Source: Mayamaea pseudoterrestris
Lineage: Eukaryota
Assembly: GCA_027923505.1 (NCBI GenBank)
Contig: BROI01000002.1
Coordinates: 1,116,001-1,180,000 of the forward strand
Direction of reading: 5' to 3'
DNA length: 64,000 nucleotides
Below are positions 12,301 through 24,100 of the stretch, piece after piece (position 1 is the first letter of the stretch; each line of letters starts with the position of its first letter). The position numbers and the translations under genes were made by a program. The notes under the pieces are model-generated. The model saw only the letters and a list, made by a program, of their open reading frames with translations. It ran no database searches and was not told the DNA's origin.

Positions 12301-14308
12301 CCACTCGCAGAAGAAACGGACACCACTCTTTGACTACGCAACTTCCGAAGATTCGGATGACGACAATACAGAGGCTGAAGATGTTGTGTCCCGGCCAGCA
12401 ATAGCTGATTCGAGAACACAGCTTGCTGTAAGAGGTTCTAGGGCCTCGACGTCGCGAGTGAAGCGTGCACCTACTACTCGTAGTTACTATGACAGCGGCG
12501 CTTTGAGCATATATTCCGGGACACGTCCAAAGGTAAAGGAACTAGACTTTGAAATTGAACGGTATAATGAGCTGATAGCAGACCAAGTGAAGGCGTTTGG
12601 GAAGAACCATTTAAAACTGGCCGAATCGTTCTTTACCTTAGCAATTCTTCATAGCCAACTTGGTGCTTCAGGTTCAACGTCAGCGATTGAATGCGCGTCA
12701 GAAGCGCTACGCATTCAGAGAGCATGCGGTGTGATGGATAGGGCATCGCGATCACTACATCTTCTTGCCGACTTGTATACACACGAGAAAAATTACAGCA
12801 CGTCGCTTGCATTGTTGACGGAAGCGCTTCGATTGGAACGAATTCAATATGGCCAGCTCAGCGACGAAGCCTCGAAGACGCTAAATCGCATTGGGACGGT
12901 GCATGCCATACAAAACGAGTTTCTACACGCTATGGAATGCCATCAAGAAGCTTTACGAATCCTTCAGGCTACGCATGGCGAAGATATAAAGCATCACCTC
13001 ATTTCGGAAACGCTCTGTCAGATAGGGTCTGTTTATTATCGTGAGCGCAACGCCTATACAAGATCCACATTAAACACTGATAGATATACCACCTTTATCG
13101 AGGCTGGTATGTTGGAGACAATTGGACGAGCGCATGAGAATCGAGGGTCGTACAAAATGGCTATATCTTTCTTTGAAGAAAGACTTGCCTTTTTGGAGAA
13201 TCGTGTGGTGCCTAGCGCTTATAATGCCGAGGAAGTTGCAGAGACGCTGAATAGTCTTGGAATGTTAAGTGCCAAAGCAGGCCGCTTGGCGGAAGCGCTT
13301 GAATACTACGAAAAAAGCCTTCGGCTGCAGGTGAAGGTGGGATGCGATGCAGCCCAACTGGCAACCATTAGAGTTTTGATGGGATCTGTTCACTTTCAAC
13401 TTGGCAATTGGCATGGGGCTCTTAGCCTGCAGCAAGATGCACTCGCTATCTTGACTGAAGAGCTTGGCGACGAGCACGAAACTATTGCAGCCGCCTACTA
13501 TCAAGTTGGACTGGTGCAAGCTGAATGTTACCATCTTAACGAAGCCATGACGTCCTTGACGACGGCGCTTGAAATACAAAAGAAATTGCTTGGCGCTGAT
13601 CATGCAGCTACCTTGCGATCTCGCCGAGAGATTGGCAACCAGTACGCAATCAAGTCATCTGATTGTGACACAGCGCTAGAAATGTTCGACGAAATCTTGA
13701 ACGCCCAAAGAGCAATTCATGGCGATAGACATCCCAACATTGCCGAAACATTGTTTAGTATTGGCCGCGCCTACGCTCGTCGAGGCGACTATTCTAGCGC
13801 ACTGCAGATTCTCGAAGAAACATACCACATGCGAACTGAATCGCTGGGACATGACGTTCCCGCCCAGGCGACTACCTTGTACGAAATTAGTGTTATACAT
13901 TTGAAGCGCAAGCACATAAAGCGCGCGTTGCAAATATGCGATGTTGTGTTGACCATTCGCGAGGATGCCTTGCGCGACAAGCACATTGATATTGCATTGA
14001 CGCTCATGGTTAAAGGATGTTGTTTTATTGCACAAAATAGGCTTGACGATGCCGAAAATCTTTTGATTGTCGCATTGGAAACGGGGACGGAATCGGCAGG
14101 CCAGTGGCACCCGTCTGTGGCTGAGATACATTTGGCAGTAAGTCTGCTGCACTTGAAGCAATGTCACTTTGATCTTGCCAGGGTTTCGGTGGACCGAGCA
14201 TTAAAAATATACAAACGAGTTGGACTGGATAACAATGATTATCCTTGCTACAAAGAAGCGAAGTTGCAGCTGGAGCGAATTGAACATGATGAGTGTTTGT
14301 TTGTGTAG
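9392..14308 (+). CDS. Large TPR-repeat protein (kinesin-light-chain/nephrocystin-3-like TPRs)
   Basis: ~1640-aa ORF. C-terminal ~42-aa TPR repeats (e.g. 'VAETLNSLGMLSAKAGRLAEALEYYEKSLRLQ', 'HPNIAETLFSIGRAYARRGDYSSALQILEE'), further TPRs N-terminally and a disordered middle. Confidence 0.88.
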   Translation: MNNITTMARPLRNAQFRMDHDMDTFTGRNNQPEATARRTISRNRSSSSGTSNQSSSMGLTRSDESDSLFLLNAYSLNEDQTNQLQQHPPTSTSGSSSTTTISYSQHNVITFAGKEDAFSTLALGLSAYQKATETAKREGRTDQEALVSYGTALEYFEAALRHLEAENQQNRNNQLQISNSRTIAIIHQALCIAAMGQLLRPTNITTALAMWDQALECLEQGLTDLQRRSQRYDPPSAINNNPPVSVGCLEAVFVELVRSKTLTLLSLLPTVSQDTSPLQRQKLQQQYEELVDCNTQALRFLLDIRHFEQIRCLINTKDAPADTFTYKCLSLEQHSLLLMETVKQLIQHNAQQRRMKPMKVNDTYLRPEEEPVWIQRAEQALHVLQTRQYELTKPQRRVVAMIQEEMSHVYLQFYDLERGSQAMVDACDLLLGDQQSPPSEWLDRMEYFGHLLEREATSDATHNLDVIDVDAAGTLELAMACYEKALLLRNQSGLLLKAERDTTASAHHDLAVANALSLVARVMQLQGNYEGSTDIFRAAHAIYARQRNYAVLATVAEDALLHGRWDQAVAVLSQCVELAECESATQGTSRENESTQLDKSFIYFTLAKAYVGRCDYVSATMCLMEADKHDGRIAKSSIHALLHQVEFLRREDYKGELEDGSFDDFNNRDPYSDQRSVTNSGSYAAESYGDDDEGTAFYDSESISAFNPTIGKGLAPSTLKDFCTGVHVILDLPEDLSPSKGLQQTPDRSYGSDRVSEKKSMDDEHPPLPVISPDASYQEENNKPPSSPMSAIYAQRLKMNASLDKGSSHSAPNLMRRFKSPLRGRKDQSSVGESSQRSGLAKAIANTFKFANRNDNLKIPPSGRDASKSRDGRSNTRGMASHPLEDEFHAAVDITEIPSGPLDTIEIPQTMSFDSDISSITMRLDVPNTPKGSGQDFWWGVTAEGLGRWLPTVVTTAVEVAEGFLSARSIHSQKKRTPLFDYATSEDSDDDNTEAEDVVSRPAIADSRTQLAVRGSRASTSRVKRAPTTRSYYDSGALSIYSGTRPKVKELDFEIERYNELIADQVKAFGKNHLKLAESFFTLAILHSQLGASGSTSAIECASEALRIQRACGVMDRASRSLHLLADLYTHEKNYSTSLALLTEALRLERIQYGQLSDEASKTLNRIGTVHAIQNEFLHAMECHQEALRILQATHGEDIKHHLISETLCQIGSVYYRERNAYTRSTLNTDRYTTFIEAGMLETIGRAHENRGSYKMAISFFEERLAFLENRVVPSAYNAEEVAETLNSLGMLSAKAGRLAEALEYYEKSLRLQVKVGCDAAQLATIRVLMGSVHFQLGNWHGALSLQQDALAILTEELGDEHETIAAAYYQVGLVQAECYHLNEAMTSLTTALEIQKKLLGADHAATLRSRREIGNQYAIKSSDCDTALEMFDEILNAQRAIHGDRHPNIAETLFSIGRAYARRGDYSSALQILEETYHMRTESLGHDVPAQATTLYEISVIHLKRKHIKRALQICDVVLTIREDALRDKHIDIALTLMVKGCCFIAQNRLDDAENLLIVALETGTESAGQWHPSVAEIHLAVSLLHLKQCHFDLARVSVDRALKIYKRVGLDNNDYPCYKEAKLQLERIEHDECLFV

Positions 14309-14639
14309 ACATTGATACAGATGAGAAAAAGACTCTTATATATCCAAATCTGCTGCCACACCAATGCTGCATGAATCCGCTAGGAGTAGCTAAAGCGGCT
14401 TGACAGTGAATGCGCAAACAATAAATGTTACTTGTAGTACCGAAAGGCAATATGGTACCACGGCGTTTTCGTCGCGCTAGCTAAATCAAGTCCCACTAAG
14501 AGACAAAGACGTTTTGAGTCGCATGCAAGATCCACCATCAATCGCGACGATGGCTGTCCAATCTTTCATGTTTTCCAAGCCAAAGGAAACAAGCTACCGG
14601 TAGCAGCAACAATACTTTTCGCCACCAAATTAGATAAAA

Positions 14640-15521
14640 ATGAGAGTTATGCGGTCTTCATATTCATTGGGTTTAATTGCATTCATGGCGACCTTTGCGT
14701 ACGGATTTTCCGTCACTCCATCGCGACTCGAAGCGCTTCGCGTGGGCAAGTCTTTAGTTTCCAATCAATCATCAATCGGCAATAACGGACGAGTAAACTC
14801 TTCAGTTTTGTCGCAATCAAGAGGAGGAGGATTGTCATTGGCCAAGAATAATCCCATTGCTGTCGAGTCGAAATGCCCAGTGACTGGACTAGCGGCAGTG
14901 TTCAGTTCACTATGGGGAACCTTTGGCGTCGTTTACATTCTTGCCAAGGCCATTAGACGGGTGCTTCCCATTGCATTGGAACCATTCCAAGCTGGTGTCG
15001 TTCCATTGACGCAGGTTCAATTAGGGTAAGGAGTGATTTCCGGGTCGACAAGGTCCGATTTGCTCGCACGCTCACACATTTCGCCTCATACTCCTGCATT
15101 TCCTCTCGTCACTGCCAGTATCTACATCGCGACTTGCCTCTGGTTCGCCTACGTGGAAGGTTACAAAGGATTTCAAACTAAGTTTGCCCCATTGGTTGTC
15201 AAGCGCTCCTTCACGCTTGTGCCGGGCAGGAATGGAACCAAATGGTACCACTTTATCTTCGCACCAACCTACACCATGGGCATGCTTCATGCGACGCGCA
15301 AGCGCAAAATTGTTAGTTTCAGTGTTACACTTGGTGTCGCGGCCATTGTGGCTGGCGTCAAGCGGCTTCCGTACCCCTGGCGCAACATTATTGATGCCGG
15401 TGTCGTTGCCGGACTTTCCTGGGGCAGCTTGAGCATTATCATAATCTACGTCAAGAGCTGGGTAACGGGGCAGCCTCCAACGCAAGTTGATGCTGCCTTG
15501 CCATTGAAAAAGGACGTTTAA
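14640..15521 (+). CDS. Plastid-targeted multi-pass membrane protein of unknown function (2 exons)
   Basis: Exons 14640-15025 and 15119-15521. The 93-bp intron (GTAAG...CAG, 15026-15118) joins the two ORFs in frame (GG|T = Gly). Signal peptide ends 'AYG-F', followed by a Ser-rich transit-like peptide and several hydrophobic helices. Confidence 0.8.
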
Positions 15522-16664
15522 TACGAGTGCATGAAGCATCACATCACGGAATGGTCGAGCGATCCAAGCACTCGATAATTTCGAATGGAATCAGTACGAA
15601 TTGCGGAAACGACAACTACTAGGAAGCATGCTCGAATTTCTGCTCTTACAATAAGTTTGCGTAGTGCATTGTAAACTCTAATTACTGTCTATGTATTGCC
15701 GCACAAACATCGATACCGATAGCCGTACGCGGCTCGTCTGGCACATGCCACCATCACTTCAGCGCATCCATCGTCATGCCATCCATAGCATGATTCATGT
15801 TCCATTCGTACCAACGTAACTGATCACCCTTTCCGCAGGCTCGACTAAAGATCGGTACAAGACCTACCGGTGGCAAAAATTTAATGACATCGTCCTGTCG
15901 CTCGACGTGCCGATGGATCCGAATGATATCAAGAATTCATGTGTGGAGAACGAGACAGCGCGATCAGCCAAGTCTTTGAAATTTTGCAGATCTACCGTAG
16001 AGGGGCTGGCTCTGCTGGCGATGGTTGCTTAGCGGCAAGGTTACGAGTCAAAAGGCGACGCTGACGTTTCGCATGTCCATGAGTAACCATCATCGACGAA
16101 ATTTAAGTCATCGACACATCCATGGCGCTCCCTTGCTTTGCTCATCCGATATCCTTCAATGAATCTTCTCGACCAACATATTAAATGCGGTGCTACATGG
16201 ATTATGCATTATCTTCCGCATGAAATCATGACAAGTAGTATGCTCCGCATATCGATTCGGAAACGAAAGACGGTCCGTGCTCCGTGTCGGTAACCCTCCA
16301 GCGTGCCAATGTCGCAACGTCCGAAAGGCTACCATGGTACATTGCACAAAACAACATTCATTGTTATTACGTCGACTTGGGAAAATCGCCCGTCATTTGC
16401 TTGAAGCAATGATTGTGAAAAGCAATTGATGCAAAGGTGAAGCTGCTTCATTACATCCACACGTCGCATGTCGCGTGGCCATTCCAATATGTAGCAACAG
16501 AAAACTGAAGCGACGAGAGCAATTGCTGCATCATGACGTGTATATTGACGTAAAGGGTTTCTCAGTTGCGAATGAGAATGAGCAGCGTCCTGGCGCTAGA
16601 GAGTTACTCGCTTCGATAATGGTCGACAGCGAAGTAGAAAGGCTGATTCGACCTGTCGCCTTCG

Positions 16665-16975
16665 TCGCACTTTTCACTGGCACTCGTTTTATAGTATAGC
16701 CTCATGACGCACTTTTCACTGGCACTCGTTTTATAATATTGCCTCATGACGCACTTTTCACTGGCACTCGTTTCATAATATTGCCTCATGACGCACTTTT
16801 CACTGGCACTCATAATATTGCCTCCTGATGTAAATGACACTCATGACGTAATTGACACTGGCACTCGTTTCATAATATTGCCTCGTGACGTAATTGACAC
16901 TGGCACTCGTTTCATAATATTGCCTCGTGACGTTATTGACACTGGCACTCGTTTCGTACTATTGCCTAATGACGT
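16665..16975. repeat. 42-bp minisatellite, ~7 copies
   Basis: Units start GGCACTC at 16679, 16721, 16763, 16805 (irregular), 16860, 16902 and 16944. Consensus GGCACTCGTTTCATAATATTGCCTC(A/G)TGACG(CACTTTT/TAATTGA)CACT. Confidence 0.95.
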
Positions 16976-17559
16976 AGTTTTTTTAACACTTAGGCTTTAT
17001 GTACTCGACATGCTCCGAACGCAGCTTCGACGCTGCCATGGGGGCGGGAGATGACAACTCACACTCACTCTGCCAAAACGATTCTCGACATGCGACAGTC
17101 CCTGTTGGTAGCTGAATGATAGAATTAGCAATAAAGCGTTGCCGTCAGATTGAACGGCTTAGTGCGTGTAGCACGAATCAGACACTGAAGACAAACGACT
17201 TTCGCCTCTACTACTAATTCTTGTCACTCGTCTCTTCCGGCAAAGGCTCTCTGGCTGCTTAAACGCCAGCTGCTTTGAGGACGCTTGGTTCCATCCGAGC
17301 TAATGTGAAAGTATTGACAATTCAAGTTTATCTTAATGTAAAGCGAAGCTCGGTATCATTCTAGTCGACCTACACCAGCGCTACGTAATGACTGCTGCTT
17401 GCCTGCCTGCCATGTTATTTCCTTGACATGAAGCGATGCAAAATAAGATTCAGATGGATGTTGATACCTGAAGGCCGAGCAAGTTTTTGTAGGTATATAT
17501 GCATTGACGCAAGAATGTGACCACGACGCACCAAACAATCATTTTAACTCATCCTTGAG

Positions 17560-17590
17560 GACGACGACGACGACGACGACAAACGACGAC
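17560..17590. repeat. (GAC)n microsatellite
   Basis: GACGACGACGACGACGACGACAAACGACGAC read directly. Confidence 0.9.
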
Positions 17591-18154
17591 TACCAAGCAA
17601 TCACTACTTCACCCAAATGCACAATTTCCTACCGCACTCTTGTGGCGGCAACAGCAACGAGCAAGGCGATTACAGCTCAGGCCGTTAAAGGGCCGTCATG
17701 GTTGTGGGACAAGGCGAAATGGCCGGCCAAAAGATATGCGTAGTACCAAATGTACCTGCAGACGCAGAGTCCGTGGATATTGTCGAGTACGCTGGAGCAA
17801 CACTCTGCTGCTAACGTTCAACCTTCGCTGTCGTGCTTTTGTCGCCAGTGCGTGGTTGTAACCGTTTCGTATGGCCGATGTATGATTCGACAAGTTTATC
17901 ACCGACAAGCGCGTTTGACCAAGAATAGCTCACTCTCTTGCACTGCTCACCAAAAAGCTTTCGCGCAACATTGCTGATTCCGTCTCGCCATACATGGTGT
18001 GGATCTGATGGCTTGCTACGTTGCGCATGGTATAATCAACTTGCACCCTACCAAGTTTGACATTGATTGCCCTTCATAAGAAGCGCCACTGCTATTAAAC
18101 GCCTGTTCGCGCCTAGCGAAACACTACAATGCCTGATCAGGCGCACAATCCATG

Positions 18155-21100
18155 GGTACCTGTCATTAACGACCCCGATGCCCGGCCACCCAAATACACT
18201 ACCCAATGAGGTTCGTCAGGCGCCAAACATGCAAGTCCAGGGTATGCCATTGTACAGGTGCAGAGTACTCAACCTGGTGCAAAAAGGACTGCCACATTGT
18301 AGGCCGACAAACCATGGGTACTGGCCTCCACGGTGGGTATGGCCAACACCACAAGTTTGTGTTCGATTCTGACCTGTCAAACGCCCCATGCCCTGGCCAC
18401 CCAAATACCCACAGGCCAAACCTTCCAGGGTATGCCATTGACAGGTGCAGAGACACAAATGGTGCAAAAAGGACTGCCTGGAAGCCGACACCATGGGTGC
18501 GGCCTCCACTGTGGGTATGGCCAACACCACAAGTTGTAGATTCTTACCTGTCAAACGCCCCATGCCCTGGCCACCCAAATACCCAATGAGTCAGGCAAAA
18601 CATGTCCAGGGTATGCCATTGACAGGCGCAGAGTCTCAAATGGTGCAAAAAGGACTGCCTGGAGGCTGACACCATGGGTACGGCTTCTACAGTGGGTATG
18701 GCCAACACCACAATCTGTCGATTCTGACCTGTCAAACGCCCCATGCCCTGGCCACCCAAATACCCAATGAATCAGGCAAAACATGTCCAGGGTATGCCAT
18801 TGACAGGTGCAGAGTCTCAAATGGTGCAAAAAGGACTGCCTGGAGGCTGATACCATGGGTACGGCCTCCACGGTGGGTATGGCCAACACCACAAGTTGTC
18901 GATTCTGACCTGTCAAACGCCCCATGCCCTGGCCACCCAAATACCCAATGAGTCAGGCAAAACATGTCCAGGGTATGCCATTGACAGGTGCAGAGTCTCA
19001 ATGGTGCAAAAAGGACTGCCTGGAGGCTGACACCATGGGTACGGCCTCCACGGTGGGTATGGCCAACACCACAAGTTGTCGATTCTGACCTGTCAAACGC
19101 CCCATGCCCTGGCCACCCAAATACCCAATGAGTCAGGCAAAACATGTCAAGGGTATGCCATTGACAGGTGCAGAGTCTCAAATGGTGCAAAAAGGACTGC
19201 CTGGAGGCTGACACCATGGGTACGGCCTCCACGGTGGGTATGGCCAACACCACAAGTTGTCGATTCTGACCTGTCAAACGCCCCATGCCCTGGCCACCCA
19301 AATACCCAATGAGTCAGGCAAAACATGTCCAGGGTATGCCATTGACAAGTGCAGAGTCTCAAATGGTGCAGAAAGGACTGCCTGGAGGCTGACACCATGG
19401 GTACGGCCTCCACGGTGGGTATGGCCAACACCACAAGTTGTCGATTCTGACCTGTCAAACGCCCCATGCCCTGGCCACCCAAATACCCAATGAGTCAGGC
19501 AAAACATGTCCAGGGGATGCCATTGACAGGTGCAGAGTGCAAAAAGGACTGCCTGGAGGCTGACACCATGGGTACGGCCTCCACGGTGGGTATGGCCAAC
19601 ACCACAATTTGTCGATTCTGACCTGTCAAACGCCCCATGCCCTGGCCACCCAAATACCCAATGAGTCAGGCAAAACATGTCCAGGGTATGCCATTGACAG
19701 GTGCAGAGTCTCAAATGGTGCAAAAGGACTGCCTGGAGGCTGACACCATGGGTACGGCCTCCACGGTGGGTATGGCCAACACCACAAGTTGTCGATTCTG
19801 ACCTGTCAAACGCCCCATGCCCTGGCCACCCAAATACCCAATGAGTCAGGCAAAACATGTCCAGGGTATGCCATTGACAGGTGCAGAGTCTCAAATGGTG
19901 CAAAAGGACTGCCTGGAGGCTGACACCATGGGTACGGCCTCCACGGTGGGTATGGCCAACACCACAAGTTGTCAATTCTGACCTGTCAAACGCCCCATGC
20001 CCTGGCCACCCAAATACCCAATGAGTCAGGCAAAACATGTCCAGGGTATGCCATTGACAGGTGCAGAGTCTCAAATGGTGCAAAAAGGACTGCCTGGAGG
20101 CTGACACCATGGGTACGGCCTCCACGGTGGGTATGGCCAACACCACAAGTTGTCGATTCTGACCTGTCAAACGCCCCATGCCCTGGCCACCCAAATACCC
20201 AATGATTCAGGCCAAACATGTCCAGGGTATGCCATTGACAGGTGCAGAGTCTCAAATGGTGCAAAAAGGACTGCCTGGAGGCTGACGCCATGGGTACGGC
20301 CTCCACGGTGGGTATGGCCAACACCACAAGTTGTCGATTCTGACCTGTCAAACGCCCCATGCCCTGGCCACCCAAATACCCAATGAGTCAGGCCAAACAT
20401 GTCCAGGGTATGCCATTGACAGGTGCAGAGTCTCAAATGGTGCAAAAAGGACTGCCTGGAGGCTGACACCATGGGTACGGCCTCCACGGTGGGTATGGCC
20501 AACACCACAAGTTGTCGATTCTGACCTGTCAAACGCCCCATGCCCTGGCCACCCAAATACCCAATGAGTCAGGCCAAACATGTCCAGGGTATGCCATCGA
20601 CAGGTGCAGAGTCTCAAATGGTGCAAAAAGGACTGCCTGGAGGCTGACACCAAGGGTACGGCCTCCACGGTGGGTATGGCCAACACCACAAGTTGTCGAT
20701 TCTGACCTGTCAAACGCCCCATGCCCTGGCCACCCAAATACCCAATGAGTCAGGCCAAACATGTCCAGGGTATGCCATTGACAGGTGCAGAGTCTCAAAT
20801 GGTGCAAAAAGGACTGCCTGGAGGCTGACACCATGGGTACGGCCTCCACGGTGGGTATGGCCAACACCACAAGTTGTAGATTCTGACCTGTCAAACGCCC
20901 CATGCCCTGGCCACCCAAATACCCAATGAGTCAGGCAAAACATGTCCAGGGTATGCCATTGACAGGTGCAGAGTCTCAAATGGTGCAAAAAGGACTGCCT
21001 GGAGGCTGACACCATGGGTACGGCCTCCACGGTGGGTATGGCCAACACCACAAGTTGTAGATTCTGACCTGTCAAACGCCCCATGCCCTGGCCACCCAAA

Positions 21101-24100
21101 TACCCAATGAGTCAGGCAAAACATGTCCAGGGTATGCCATTGACAGGTGCAGAGTCTCAAATGGTGCAAAAAGGACTGCCTGGAGGCTGACACCATGGGT
21201 ACGGCCTCCACGGTGGGTATGGCCAACACCACAAGTTGTAGATTCTTACCTGTCAAACGCCCCATGCCCTGGCCACCCAAATACCCAATGAGTCAGGCAA
21301 AACATGTCCAGGGTATGCCATTGACAGGTGCAGAGTCTCAAATGGTGCAAAAAGGACTGCCTGGAGGCTGACACCATGGGTACGGCCTCCACGGTGGGTA
21401 TGGCCAACACCACAAGTTGTAGATTCTGCCCTGTCAAACGCCCCATGCCCTGGCCACCCAAATACCCAATGAGTCAGGCTAAACATGTCCAGGGTATGCC
21501 ATTGACAGGTGCAGAGTCTCAAATGGTGCAAAAAGGACTGCCTGGAGGCTGCCCCATGCCCTGGCCACCCAAATACCCAATGAGTCAGGCCAAACATGTC
21601 CAGGGTATGCCATTGACAGGTGCAGAGTCTCAAATGGTGCAAAAAGGACTGCCTGGAGGCTGACACACATGACCTCCACGGTGGGTATGACCAACACCAG
21701 AAGTTATCAATTCTGACATGTCAAACGCCCCATGCCCTGGCCACCCAAATACCCAATGAGTCAGGCCAAACATATCCAGGGTATGCCATTGACAGGTGCA
21801 TAGTCTCAAATGGTGCAAAAGGACTGCCCTGAGGGGATGCTGACACCATGGGTACGGCCTCCACGGTGGGTATGGCCAACACCACAAGTTGTCGATTCTG
21901 ACCTGTCAAACGCCCCATGCCCTGGCCACCCAAATACCCAATGAGTCAGGCCAAACATGTCCAGGGTATGCCATTGACAGGTGCATAGTCTCAAATGGTG
22001 CAAAAAGGACTGCCTAGAGGCTGACACCATGGGTACGGCCTCCACGGTGGGTATGGCCAACACCACAAGTTGTCGATTCTGATCTGTCAAACGCCCCATG
22101 CCCTGGCCACCCAAATACCCAATGAGTCAGGCAAAACATGTCAGGGGTATGCCATTGACAAATGCAGAGTCTCAAATGGTGCAAAAAGGACTGCCTGGAG
22201 GCTGGCAACCTGGGGTACGGCTCCAGGGTGGGTATGGCCAACACCACAAGTTGTCAATTCTGACCTGTCAAACGCCCCATGCCCTGGCCACCCAAATACC
22301 CAATGAGTCAGCCAGCAAAAACATGGCCAGGGTATGCCATTGACAGGTGCAGAGTCTCAAATGGTGCAAAAAGGACTGGAGGCTGACACCATGGGTATGG
22401 CCTCCACGGGGGGTATGGCCAACACCACAAGTTGTCGATTCTGACCTGTCAAACGCCCCATGCCCTGGCCACCCCAAATACCCAATGAGTCAGGCCAAAC
22501 ATGTCCAGGGTATGCCATTGACAGGTTCATAGTCTCAAATGGTGCAAAAAGGACTGCCTGGAGGCTGACACCATGGGTACGGCCTCCACGGTGGGTATGG
22601 CCAACACCACAAGTTGTCGATTCTTACCTGTCAAACGCCCCATACCCTGGCCACCCAAATACCCAATGAGTCAGGCCAAACATGTCCCGGGTATGCCATT
22701 GACAGGTGCAGAGTCTCAAATGGTGCAAAAAGGACTGCCTGGAGGCTGACACCATGGGTACGGCCTCTCCACGGTGGGTATGGCCAAACCACAAGTTGTC
22801 GATTCTGACCTGTCAAACGCCCCATGCCCTGGCCACCCAAATACCCAATGAGTCAGACCAAACATGTCCAGGGGGTATGCCATTGACAGGTGCAGTAGTC
22901 TCAAAAGTCGGTGCAAAAAGGACTGCCTGGAGGCTGACACCATAGATAAACGGCTCCACTGTTGGAAGGGCCAACACCACAGGTTGTCGATTCTTACCTG
23001 TCAAACGCCCCATGCCCTAGCCAACCCCAAATACCCGATGAGTCCAGGCAAAACATGTCCAGGGGATACCATTGACAGGTGCATAGTCTCAAATGGTGCA
23101 AAAAGGACTGCCTGGAGGCTGACACCATGGGTACGGCCCCCACGGTGGGTATGGCCAACACCACAAGTTGTCGATTCTGACCTGTCAAACGCCCCATGCT
23201 TCTTGGCACCCAAAACCAATGAGTCAGGGCCCAAAACATGTTCCAGGGTATGTCATTGACAGGTGCATTCTCAAATGGGCAACCAATGGGACTGCACTGG
23301 AGGCTGACACCATGGGTACGGCCTCCACGGTGGGCCTCGGCCAACACCACGGTTGGCCGATTCTGACGTGTCAAACGCCCCATGCCCTGGCCACCCAAAT
23401 ACAATGAGTCAGGCCAAACATGTCCAGGGTATGCCTGCATTAACAGGTGCAGAGTCTCAATTGGTGCAAAAAGGACTGCCTTGGAGGCTGACACCATGGG
23501 GTCCGGCCTCCACGGTGGGTGTATAGCCAACACCACAAGTTGTCGATTCTGACCTGTCAAACGCCCCTGCGGCTGCCACGGGCCAAATCCGAATGAGTCA
23601 GGGCCAAACATGTCCAGGATATGCCATTGACAGGCAGAGTCTCAAATGGTGCAAAAAACCTGGAGGCTGACACCATGGGTACGGCCTCCACAGTGGGGTA
23701 TGGCCAACACCACAAGTTATCGATTCTTACCCCATTGTCAAACGCCCTCATGCCCGCGCCGCCCCAAATACCCGATGAGCTCAGGCCAAACATGTCCAGG
23801 GTAGCCTGCCATTAGACATTATAGTCTCCAATGGTGCAAAAGGACTGCCTGGACGCGACACCATGGGTACGGCCTCCACGGGGTGGGTATGGCTCAACAC
23901 CGCAAGTTGTCGATTCTGACCTGTCAAACGCCCCATGCCTAATGCCCAAATACCCGATGAGTCAGGCCAAACATGTCCAGGGTATGCCATTGACAGGTGC
24001 ATAGTCTCAAATGGTGCAAAAAGGACTGCCTGGGGCTGACACCATGGGTACAGCCTCCACGGTGGGGCTTATGGTAACACCGCAAGTTGTCGATTCTTTA

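Noticed and set aside
15600..16650. Coding-like fragments on the minus strand, possibly a transposon relic
   Set aside because: Interrupted by stops, with no diagnostic domain or terminal repeats found.
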